12,052 nt of DNA from Deltaproteobacteria bacterium TL4 (GTDB taxonomy: Bacteria; SAR324; NAC60-12), in assembly GCA_051382335.1 (NCBI GenBank), contig JBBCAX010000105.1, positions 1 through 12,052 of the forward strand, read 5' to 3'. The translations under genes were made by a program, and so were the position numbers. The notes beneath the pieces were generated by a model that was given only the letters and a program-made list of their open reading frames with translations, was not told the origin of the DNA and ran no database searches. Of this stretch, positions 1 through 8,314 are shown piece after piece. The stretch's first letter is position 1. Each line of letters starts with the position of its first letter.

Positions 1-142
1 CTCCTGCCGCAATAAAAAGAATATGTTCGGTTCTGACAGGGCCATATTTGGTGTTTACGGTTGAGCCTTCGACGATAGGCAATAAATCTCGCTGAACCCC
101 TTCACGTGAAATATCCGGCCCCCCCATGGAATTTGAACCACG
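1..142 (-). pseudogene. hslU: 5'-truncated segment of HslU (ClpY) ATPase subunit, continuing off the left edge
   Basis: Manual minus-strand translation gives [47 protein letters not shown], the conserved post-Walker-B HslU segment. The expected upstream DEIDK is absent and is replaced by ISAs1 sequence. Not in the ORF track. Confidence 0.88.
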
Positions 143-723
143 AAACGACAGCCCTGATTCATCAAAACCAAGGACGCTATTTGATTCAGGTGAAAGACAA
201 TCAGCCGCTCTTGCTGGCTCTTTGTCAACAGATCGCTTTGAATGAAAAAATGCTGGGACAGTTGGAAAGCTTTGAAAAGTCCAAGGGCCGGCTGCAATCC
301 AGAAAAACCCAGTTTTTTTCTTTTGCGGACAAGCCCCTGAATTCCAGATGGAAACACAGTGGGTTATTGTCTTTTGTGCGTCTGGAGCGTACCGTTGAAG
401 AAATCAAAACCAAACAGGTCTCTGGAGGTTTCTTATTATGTTACCAATCAGTTGCTTCAGTATCAGGGGATTCAGGTAGAGACTATGGCGACAATTCGAC
501 AGCATTGGGGAATTGAGTCTTGGCACTGGATTCGGGACGTCACTTTCTCAGAAGACAAAGTAAAATCTAAATACACGAATCAGGCTCAAATTTTAGGCCT
601 CTTGAGAACTTGTGTGCTGGCCGTTTTCAAAAAGTTTGGAGGGAAAAATATGAAGGAGAATCTAATTGTAGAGACTCCCAAACCTTTTTTCTACAATTAC
701 TTTGTCAAGTTGGTTTTTTATGA
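132..723 (+). pseudogene. ISAs1-family transposase, 5'-truncated and frameshifted
   Basis: The first frame has [10 protein letters not shown] and [10 protein letters not shown]. After a shift at ~424 it reads EVSYYVTN...IRQHWGIESWHWIRDVTFSED, the ISAs1 C-terminal signature. A second shift at ~665-685 leads to the probable native end FLQLLCQVGFL* (TGA 721-723). Confidence 0.85.
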
Positions 724-733
724 GAAAGCCGTG
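715..733 (+). mobile_element. Probable right end of the ISAs1 element (…TTTTTATGAGAAAGCCGTG)
   Basis: Overlaps the transposase stop. IS630 coding sequence begins abruptly at the next base (734). The partner end is not in the window. Confidence 0.55.
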
Positions 734-960
734 ATTATACCCCCAAGCATGGAAGCTGGCTCAATATGGCTGAAATTGAACTCAGTATTCTTAGTAAACA
801 GTGCTTGGATCGAAGAATCCCCGATCAAGAGACACTCAAACATGAAACCCGAACATGGATGGAAAAAAGAAATAATGCTTCTGCCCCTATGACTTGGCGG
901 TTTACCACAGAAGATGCGAGAATTAAATTAAAACGACTTTACCCGAAAATTGAAAACTGA
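734..960 (+). pseudogene. IS630-family transposase, C-terminal fragment
   Basis: In frame from 736: YTPKHGSWLNMAEIELSILSKQCLDRRIPD...WRFTTEDARIKLKRLYP, a typical IS630 motif containing the catalytic Glu. The N-terminal part is cut off by the ISAs1 end. Confidence 0.9.
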
Positions 961-971
961 CTATGTACTAG
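955..971 (+). mobile_element. IS630 right end inserted at TA/CTAG inside the helicase gene
   Basis: ...ACTGACTATGTACTAG directly follows the transposase stop. Helicase coding (…KAIRMAL) ends at this CTAG on the minus strand. IS630 elements target TA. Confidence 0.7.
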
Positions 972-1223
972 TGCCATTCGTATGGCTTTGGTGGACGAAG
1001 CCACCAACCGTTGCATCAGGATCCTCAGGAAACCGATGTATCCTTTTTTGTCCTTCATGGCCTGGTTGTATCCGGTTCGGACATAATCGGTCACGGCATC
1101 ATAAAGCAACCGTTGTTCGTGATGCCGGGATTCCCAGGTAACGGGTAACAGATGAGTATGCCTTGGTTTGAACAGCGGATTGCCTTCAGCATCGGCCCGC
1201 CGTTTCTCAGTTCGGATCAGATA

Positions 1224-1356
1224 CAGGGCTGTTCAATTCTCAATTCTATCATGGATTGTAGGGCGGATTAGCAGAGCGTAATCCGCAAAAAACGTTGGAT
1301 TACACGTCGCTTTGCTCGTTAATCCAACCTACAAAAAATAGAATTGAACAGCCCTG
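1224..1356. mobile_element. 133-bp MITE with 17-bp perfect TIRs and 10-bp target-site duplication (ISAs1-like ends)
   Basis: The TIRs are CAGGGCTGTTCAATTCT (1224-1240) and AGAATTGAACAGCCCTG (1340-1356). GGATCAGATA is duplicated at 1214-1223 and 1357-1366. Removing the element and one copy restores the helicase frame ERIRLYLIRTEKRR. Confidence 0.95.
1258..1332. repeat. Inverted doublet of GTAG-type REP-like palindromes (REPIN-like) inside the MITE
   Basis: GTAG-G-GCGGATTA…TAATCCGC (1258-1286) and GTTGGATTA…TAATCCAAC-CTAC (1294-1332). Each is a hairpin with a 5' GTAG tetranucleotide, and the two lie on opposite strands. Confidence 0.8.
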
Positions 1357-2323
1357 GGATCAGATAAAGACGGATTCGTTCACGATTCACACTTTCAATA
1401 TCAGGAAACGTCTGTGGATCCAGCAGGGAAATCAGTCTGTGGAAAACATCTGTTTTTCCATGATGAGGAGTGGCGGACAACAGCAAGAGATAAGGCGCTG
1501 CTTCCGCCAACCACTGCCCCAGTTGAAAACGAGCCACACGGTCTGTACTTCCTCCCAGCCTGTGGGCTTCGTCTATGATCACCAAATCTCAGCCAGATGA
1601 GATCAGCCCTTCAAACCGTTCCTCATTGTATTGCTGTATCTGTTGTGCCGACCATCCACGGCGATTTTCCAAAGGCTTCACGGAATCCATGGAGCAGATC
1701 ACTTGATTGAACCCATTCCAGATGTTGTAATCATCTGTGAATTTCCGATACACCTCAAATTCATTGGGAGCGATCAGGTGGAAGGTTTCATCAAAATGGG
1801 TTTTCATTTCGGAGATCCACTGAGTCAGTAACTCTTTAGGAGCTACAACCAGAACTCGCTGAACGAGCCCTCTCAGTTTGAGTTCTCTCAGGATCAAACC
1901 TGCCTCAATAGTTTTGCCCAGTCCCACTTCATCGGCCAGCAGGTAGCGAACACGATCCGATGAAACAGCCTGAGATAATGCTCTGATCTGATGAGGGAGC
2001 GGTATGACGGAGGAATCAATGGGGGCGAAGAATGTTGTGGGAGAGATGGTCAGAGATACGAGCTGCCGTCACCAGGTATTTCAGTTCATGGGAACTCATG
2101 GGAGGCATTTGCTCCAGTGGAACCAATTGATCCGCTGAAGTTTTCACCACAGCATCCGCACCAGGAAGCCAGATCCGAACCACCTGGTTTCCCCATAACG
2201 TATGCTGATCCAACAATTTACAAACCTGTCGATGCTCACGACTCCATAACCAGTGTTGCTCTTCCATTCCATTGTTTTCAAAATGCAAAAAAAAACGATC
2301 AATAAAATCAGAGAATGGAATAT

Positions 2324-3799
2324 TTACTGTATTCTCAAGCGTGACAACAACTCCTGACAATATGCTTGTGCAAGTGTTAAATCACTTTCGCTAATTGATT
2401 GTTCACGATTATGTGCAATTGGATTTCTTATTTTAGCGAGCAGTTGAAATCTTTCATTCCAGTATTTCTTATTTTTTTGCTGTTCGTGTCTCTCCAATAT
2501 TTCCTGGAATCCATTCCCCCATTCTGAAGAAATAATACTCCACAAGTCATTGGGATAGGTATAATCCAACCATTGATTTGAGGCATTGATACCAAAACTT
2601 TTAAGTTCTTGGCCTATTTTTTCTTCACAATCGTTAATTAGCTTTGGAAGACTATTATTTCTCTGTTTTAATTTATTTGTCCATTCATCGCCCAAACTAT
2701 TTTCACATACTGAAGCAATGGTTTCCCGTATTAATATTTCAGTTTCACTCCACAAACTCCAAATGGGCTGCTCCCTGGAACATTTTTCAAGGTACAGTTG
2801 AAAGTGTTCTGACCAAGCCAAATATCTTTGAGAATCAATATCCTTTTTGATCAACCCATATCTCTCTAATTTAGATACTGCATCTAATTTAAGATCCCAT
2901 TTGGGTCCGACAACAGCTTTTTGTAATTGTTGGAATAAGTCATCTTCATTAAGGATTTCACGGAGATGTTCATAAAAATCATAGAGATCGCTTACAATAA
3001 TCCTGATAGAATGATCTATTGACTGATGCTCCCATGCATGGCACAAAACCATCTCACTTAAATAGGGATATCCTCCTGTATACCAATAAAGAAGCTGAAA
3101 TTCTTCCTCAGACATTTCCCAGTCTTCATGTCCACGCTGAACCATTTCTCTCAAACCTTCTTGGTTCAGAGGTTTGATATAAAATTTTTCACAGACACCA
3201 TCCAGGTTGGAAACGTCTGCAAAATGAGATTCAATTGCATATAACGATCTTCTGGAAAGAAACACAATCGACATTCCCGTTTCATAGCCTTTATCAATAA
3301 TTTCTCTCAGCCATTGAATTACTTGTTGGGCATTGGTAAATTTTCTCACATAATCAAATTCGTCAATGATTAGTTTGGTTGTTATATGAGCTGTATTGAG
3401 AGCTTTTAATGCCCTTCGGAAACGTCGATATGCGTCATAATCCTCGTCCACTACTTTATCCAATTGCTTCTGAAAGTTATAAGGAGGCTCTAGTTGATTT
3501 CGATCAAAATATTCGTTGATTTCTTCCAAAATATAATCGAATAGTTTCATGATATTTGGAAATGACGAAAGATCGCAATAAACGATAATTGGAATCAGTT
3601 TATTTTGAATATTTTGATTTATTACATGAGTAATCAGTGACGTTTTTCCGATTCTTCTCTGTCCTATAATACTTAAACTCGCTGTACTATCTAAAAGCCT
3701 GCTGATGAGATGTTCTATTTCTTTTTGTCTACCAACTAATCGTTCCCCTTGAACAGGCTTTCCATAACCAACATACGGATTGTTCTGCATTTTATTCAT
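2324..3799 (-). CDS. STAND-like P-loop ATPase with C-terminal Swt1-like HEPN domain (putative RNase effector), ~491 aa
   Basis: NPY…LVGR N-terminal motif, Walker A GQRRIGKT, Walker B LIIDEFD, and GxP motif TGGYP. The C-terminus reads SETEILIR…LDYTYPNDL…IRNPIAHNR (RxxxxH at 2411-2428). ATG 3799 overlaps the upstream TGA (ATGA). Confidence 0.85.
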   Translation of the reverse strand: MNKMQNNPYVGYGKPVQGERLVGRQKEIEHLISRLLDSTASLSIIGQRRIGKTSLITHVINQNIQNKLIPIIVYCDLSSFPNIMKLFDYILEEINEYFDRNQLEPPYNFQKQLDKVVDEDYDAYRRFRRALKALNTAHITTKLIIDEFDYVRKFTNAQQVIQWLREIIDKGYETGMSIVFLSRRSLYAIESHFADVSNLDGVCEKFYIKPLNQEGLREMVQRGHEDWEMSEEEFQLLYWYTGGYPYLSEMVLCHAWEHQSIDHSIRIIVSDLYDFYEHLREILNEDDLFQQLQKAVVGPKWDLKLDAVSKLERYGLIKKDIDSQRYLAWSEHFQLYLEKCSREQPIWSLWSETEILIRETIASVCENSLGDEWTNKLKQRNNSLPKLINDCEEKIGQELKSFGINASNQWLDYTYPNDLWSIISSEWGNGFQEILERHEQQKNKKYWNERFQLLAKIRNPIAHNREQSISESDLTLAQAYCQELLSRLRIQ

Positions 3800-6700
3800 C
3801 CAGCTAGAACTTGATTGCATTTTAACCATTCAGCAAAAAGACCAACACTGATTTTGTAATGTTGCGCATCAACGCTTTGAATGACTTCACGTTCTTGCAT
3901 GTCCTTGAGAATCAGATTCAATTTATCTCCTTGGGGTAAATCTCTTACAGTTGCATTATTTCGTTTCTCAGCGATTGGCATCAAAATACCCAAGTATTCC
4001 TCCCTAGTAAAATCTTTCACGGATTCACCAGCTGCGGTAATTAGGGGGTCAAATCTTTCGATTGGCATAATGTCACTTCCTAATACCAAGCCTGACATCT
4101 CATTGCTATCTCCCTTCCAACCATAGAGAACATTGTCAATATCAGCTTCTGTGATGAATGACGATTTTTTAGTGTTAAGATATCTCACTAGACGGTCACA
4201 AATAATGTTAGTGTAAAATGGACTTCCAGCTGTCAATTGAAACAAACGTTCAAATGCATGCCCTCTGAATCGTGAAGTACCATCATACAAAATTGGTTCT
4301 TCAGCGAGAGCTTTGGTTTCTTCATAAGACAGATAACTAATCCGTTCATCATGAGTGACTCCAAACTCGTTAGGAAATTCCTGCTTAAACTTTGGCATTG
4401 AATCCTGTCCAACAACTACTGCATTGAACATCTGAAGCTGCAATAATGCTTTCCATGTTCTCATGAATGTTGGAGCTACAATACCTTCTTTAATGTACTC
4501 ATACACATACGTGAATTCATCAATCAGCAGTATAATTTTGGGAGCATGAAATCCATTTGATTTTAATAGCTTTGTCCCGTCCCTAAATATCTTCTTGAAG
4601 GATTCATTTGGGTATTCCTTAATTTCATTTTTTGCAGGGATGTTAATAGATAGATTTAGTTCATCCTCAAAATATTCGTTTAGTTTGTCCGCACATAGTT
4701 CAATAAAATTAACCTGCTTTTTTTCATAATCTATATCTATTTCGCCAAATGATAATAAAATAGACACACAATCTTTATTCAATCGTCTTTTGATTTGATG
4801 GAGAATTGACGTTTTACCTGATCGCTTTTGCCCATATAACACAAAACATTGACCATTTGATCCTTCTGTAACTACATTGACAATTCTTTCCAATATTTCT
4901 TGTCGACCTTTGAACATAAAAGGATCTTCAACAGATTTTCCTCCAGCATAGTGTTGATACGGGTTCATGATCTCGGTAAAAGAACTACTATTTCCCAAAC
5001 GTATGGGTAGTGAAAATTCTTTACTTTTTTCCGATTCACCTTGCCGATTCCGATAACTTACGTAACAGCGAACTGTAAACACTTGTTCCTGAATATACTT
5101 AATGGTTGGCTTTATAGTAAGTTCAATTTCTTTCCGCTCTCCTCCTTTAAGCATAAAGGGAGCTTTATTCTCATGAAGCACAAGAATTCCATCTTCTTCC
5201 ACAGCATTTACATCAACACCTTCAATGGGGGCACTCCCTTTCTTTAAAAAAACTTCTAACCTGAGTGTAATTGTGTCTTTCACCAATACGTAGAAATCAT
5301 CCGATAGCACATTCACTAATTCAATCTGAGGAATTGCTTTTTTTGAGTATTCGTTAAAATCATGTTTAATGGATTCTCTTAATTTTCGTCCAAGTTCTAA
5401 AATATGCTCATATGAAATTTTTGTTGGCTTATGGCTAATGTCGTCAATCAAATGATTTAATTCATGCATTAACCTGGAACACCTAGATTCTTTCTCTATG
5501 TAATCTTGCTCATTCCAGTATCTAGCAACGTCACTCGTAATATTACTGAGTTCTAATATTCGGTTTTTATCTAATTCAAACAGCATTGAGTCTTTTAACT
5601 CCAACAGTTTGGCAGATGTTTCATCAAAATCAGCAGAGTTTAAGTAGTTTTTATCGATTAATGATCTGAGGTCAGCCTTGGTTTTCCTTTGCAAATCAAG
5701 GATACTGTCACTTTTATTTTCTCTTAATTTGTCTGAAGGAAGGAGTTTATTGAGATGAGGAAAATTCTTGCTAATCAATTTCAGTAAATATTCAACGATA
5801 TGTTTATCAATTGTTTCAAAATAATACATATCATCTATAAAAGATTGTAATGATTTCGGGTGAAATTCAAGTTTACCAAGTACAATATTAAGATCGTAAT
5901 CATTTTCAGAAATGAATTCTCCTGGTTCTGGTATTTCCGGTAAATAAGTAGCTATAAGGAAGGAAATTGGAAATTTAAAACTACGGTCATCTCTTGGTAA
6001 TGCCAATGCTTCAAGAAGATAAAACCGTCTAACATCTGGATGAACTCCATCATATGTTGCGGCTTCCCCCATAAATGCCAATGCTCTTCCAATCAATTGA
6101 GAGGGATTCTTATTCCCTGCTGATTCAGGTGAGCGTTCAGCCATTGCTGCCAACGTGATAAGCAACTTTGCCTTATCTTTTGGGCGACGTCCTCCCATTC
6201 TATCCAAATTAATGTCTACTTCTTTAAAGTCTTTACTTACGAAGTATCCCCTGACTTTAGCTCGTTCATCAACTCCAGTAAAATCTGAAAATCTAATCAA
6301 ATCTTGTGGAAACTTTGATAATGAAGATTTAAACCCTGCCAAAGATAGTAACTCTTCATAATCAGATGAAAATTTCTGTTTTTTAAAGGATTCTAACTTA
6401 TCTATGAAACCGGATAGTTGTTCATCATAGGGTGCTTTTTTCTGAGCTTCCCTCACAATCTTAAGTGCATGATCAATATCCCCATACATCATCATACAGG
6501 TTGCTTCTTGACGGAGATAATTCAAACTTTCTTTTGCGGAAGAACTTTGCTGCTTTAACTGCCGTAGAAGTTTTGCCGCCTCTTCATACTTCCCTAATTT
6601 TATATAAAATTGAGTTTTGAGGTTATCTAACGCTTTCTTATCTTCAAAACCTGTACGATGCTCATCCAACAGTTTAATTGCATCCTCCCCACGATTCAAA

Positions 6701-8226
6701 CGATTCAGCAACTGTGCTAAGTCTTTGACTGCGCTTTGTGAATATTTCCCTTTTTCAGCTATTACACTTCTGAATAATGATTCTGCTTTTTCAAATTCTC
6801 CATTTTGCTCAGCTATTTTTGCGCTTGAATAACTTTTGTTTCCTTTTGGTAAAGCAATGAATGGACTAGAAATCGGATTCTTTTCTTTATCAGAATCGAC
6901 CCAAGTAATTTTTTTTGCTACATCGTATCTACCTCTCTTATTATCAGGATCTATATCTCTATAAAATGATACCTTTTCGCCTGATATATTCGATAAGAGT
7001 TTATGCTTGAGTTCGTAATCCGTTATATTTGATATTGGGAAGAAAAATGGTTCTTGATCGTTACTATTAATATAACCGTAGCCTTTCTCTGGATATACAG
7101 CGGTTATGTAACCCAATAATGTCGTTTCATTTTTTGCAGATGAAGTATGTTTTATTGGTTGAGGGATTGGTTCTATCACAGGTGCTTTAATCGGTTGAAA
7201 AACTGCTGATGCCATTGCCATCTTTGATGCCTCAATCACATCACCATTGTAGGCAGCTTCTGCAGATTCAGGGTACTTTTCCTTTAAAGCATACGCCAAT
7301 AACAAATGATAAAGGTATTTGCCCTCTTCGGTAATCAATTTGCTTTGAATTTCCGCTAACCCTCTTAATTCTTTATCAACACAATGTGTCAGGCATGAAC
7401 CAATAGAGATTAATATTTCTTTTTCGTTAATATTTTCTTCTCGTTCTTCATCATGGAAAAATAATTGTATTAACCATTGAACGGCCTCTTCCCATTTTTT
7501 TTCAACAACACAGATACGTGCCAATCCAAGCAAGGCTTTCTCGTTATAGGTCAGACATGCTTTTTGGAATTCACTTTTCGCTATGGGGAATTTATCTATG
7601 GCCAAAGCAATAAATCCAGCGATATAATAAACATTAGAGCTTTTTAATCGTTCTGAAAAACGCAACACTTCAGGCAACAAATCATTAATTCGATTCATTT
7701 CCTTAATTTTACACGCATGCTCGTACTTACTTTTGATTCGTGACAGATCCTGCTGATCTTCTTTGATTAGGTCTTTTATCTTAAAATCCACAGGAGGTAG
7801 CGTAATACTTGGTGGCGCTTGAAAAGCTGAGAAAGCAAAGGGTGGGATTTTTTCCTGTTTTTTGATTTCGTGTTCAGGAACAACTGTAGCCTCTTGTTCT
7901 TTATATTTTTTATCTGAAGTTGTCTCCTTTTGGGGGATCGGAACGTCTGCAAGGTTAGTTTGTTCAGAAGATTCTTCAGGAGATTCTTTTAGGTCATTTG
8001 TAGGTTGCTTTTCCTTATCTGCAACGAAAGAATTTTCTAATACTTCAAATTCCAAAATAGAATCTGAACGCACCAATCGGACTTTACCAGAAATCTGAAC
8101 GACAACTCCTAAATCAGTAATTTCGATAATAGTCCCTTCAATCGTTGAATCATTTTTTAAATGCAACGCAATTCGGCAATCTACAGGAGCATATTTTTTT
8201 ATTAGATGTATTATTTCAGACATCAC
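3796..8226 (-). CDS. 1476-aa multidomain protein: Sm-like N-terminus, TPR-like repeats, cold-shock (OB) domain, TPRs, Ig-like domain, C-terminal STAND-like ATPase
   Basis: Long intact ORF with GCGGGGA upstream of GTG/ATG (8226/8223). CSD-like GYITAVYPEKGYGYI…PFFFPISNI (~7120-6900). TPR-like GEFEKAESLF, GKYEEAAKLL and GDIDHALKIV. ATPase: NPY…FKGR, Walker A GQKRSGKT (4810-4833), Walker B LLIDEF, TAGSP. Accessory domain calls are by eye. Confidence 0.82.
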   Translation of the reverse strand: MMSEIIHLIKKYAPVDCRIALHLKNDSTIEGTIIEITDLGVVVQISGKVRLVRSDSILEFEVLENSFVADKEKQPTNDLKESPEESSEQTNLADVPIPQKETTSDKKYKEQEATVVPEHEIKKQEKIPPFAFSAFQAPPSITLPPVDFKIKDLIKEDQQDLSRIKSKYEHACKIKEMNRINDLLPEVLRFSERLKSSNVYYIAGFIALAIDKFPIAKSEFQKACLTYNEKALLGLARICVVEKKWEEAVQWLIQLFFHDEEREENINEKEILISIGSCLTHCVDKELRGLAEIQSKLITEEGKYLYHLLLAYALKEKYPESAEAAYNGDVIEASKMAMASAVFQPIKAPVIEPIPQPIKHTSSAKNETTLLGYITAVYPEKGYGYINSNDQEPFFFPISNITDYELKHKLLSNISGEKVSFYRDIDPDNKRGRYDVAKKITWVDSDKEKNPISSPFIALPKGNKSYSSAKIAEQNGEFEKAESLFRSVIAEKGKYSQSAVKDLAQLLNRLNRGEDAIKLLDEHRTGFEDKKALDNLKTQFYIKLGKYEEAAKLLRQLKQQSSSAKESLNYLRQEATCMMMYGDIDHALKIVREAQKKAPYDEQLSGFIDKLESFKKQKFSSDYEELLSLAGFKSSLSKFPQDLIRFSDFTGVDERAKVRGYFVSKDFKEVDINLDRMGGRRPKDKAKLLITLAAMAERSPESAGNKNPSQLIGRALAFMGEAATYDGVHPDVRRFYLLEALALPRDDRSFKFPISFLIATYLPEIPEPGEFISENDYDLNIVLGKLEFHPKSLQSFIDDMYYFETIDKHIVEYLLKLISKNFPHLNKLLPSDKLRENKSDSILDLQRKTKADLRSLIDKNYLNSADFDETSAKLLELKDSMLFELDKNRILELSNITSDVARYWNEQDYIEKESRCSRLMHELNHLIDDISHKPTKISYEHILELGRKLRESIKHDFNEYSKKAIPQIELVNVLSDDFYVLVKDTITLRLEVFLKKGSAPIEGVDVNAVEEDGILVLHENKAPFMLKGGERKEIELTIKPTIKYIQEQVFTVRCYVSYRNRQGESEKSKEFSLPIRLGNSSSFTEIMNPYQHYAGGKSVEDPFMFKGRQEILERIVNVVTEGSNGQCFVLYGQKRSGKTSILHQIKRRLNKDCVSILLSFGEIDIDYEKKQVNFIELCADKLNEYFEDELNLSINIPAKNEIKEYPNESFKKIFRDGTKLLKSNGFHAPKIILLIDEFTYVYEYIKEGIVAPTFMRTWKALLQLQMFNAVVVGQDSMPKFKQEFPNEFGVTHDERISYLSYEETKALAEEPILYDGTSRFRGHAFERLFQLTAGSPFYTNIICDRLVRYLNTKKSSFITEADIDNVLYGWKGDSNEMSGLVLGSDIMPIERFDPLITAAGESVKDFTREEYLGILMPIAEKRNNATVRDLPQGDKLNLILKDMQEREVIQSVDAQHYKISVGLFAEWLKCNQVLAG

Positions 8227-8314
8227 ATCCCCGCTTTAATGTGGTTACTCTATTTATTGTTGTTCCAGCGATTCGATCAGGTGGTCGTTATCCTGAAATA
8301 GGGGTATCAATTCT

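Larger units (their letters stand above)
969..2267 (-). pseudogene. brxHII: SNF2-family helicase, BrxHII-like (type 3 BREX), N-terminal part, multiply inactivated
   Basis: Start ATG 2267 (MEEQHWLWS...TLWGNQVVRIWLP). A frameshift at ~2027 precedes APIDSSVIPLPHQ. Motif I is LLADEVGLGKT. An in-frame TGA at 1589-1591 gives SG*DLVIIDEAH, followed by motif III SATP. A MITE lies at 1224-1356, then YLIRTEKRR...LFKPR...LMQRLVASSTKAIRMAL, cut by IS630. The BREX-3 assignment rests on remembered family similarity and gene order. Confidence 0.8.

Noticed and set aside
100..125. GTGAAATATCCGG as a possible IS terminal repeat
   Set aside because: It is fully explained as hslU coding sequence (GPDISRE) on the minus strand.
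359..892. ORF 359..892 as a single 177-aa protein
   Set aside because: It is a chimeric read-through of a frameshifted ISAs1 fragment into out-of-frame IS630 DNA.
1224..1356. Hairpin clusters here and at 11420-11472 as CRISPR repeats, terminators or an ncRNA
   Set aside because: There is no repeat-spacer periodicity. The hairpins lie within TIR/TSD-bounded insertions that interrupt coding frames.
2268..2360. N-terminal extension of ORF 2016..2360
   Set aside because: It overlaps the HEPN gene end and an intergenic A/T run. Helicase-like sequence starts at ATG 2267.
3800..3829. Upstream start of ORF 2324..3829
   Set aside because: It lies inside the upstream gene. The ATGA-coupled ATG at 3799 (or ATG 3790) is more plausible.
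3796..8226. Calling the large protein an Avs/AVAST or NACHT protein
   Set aside because: The domain order is reversed (ATPase C-terminal, TPRs N-terminal) and no N-terminal enzymatic effector is evident.
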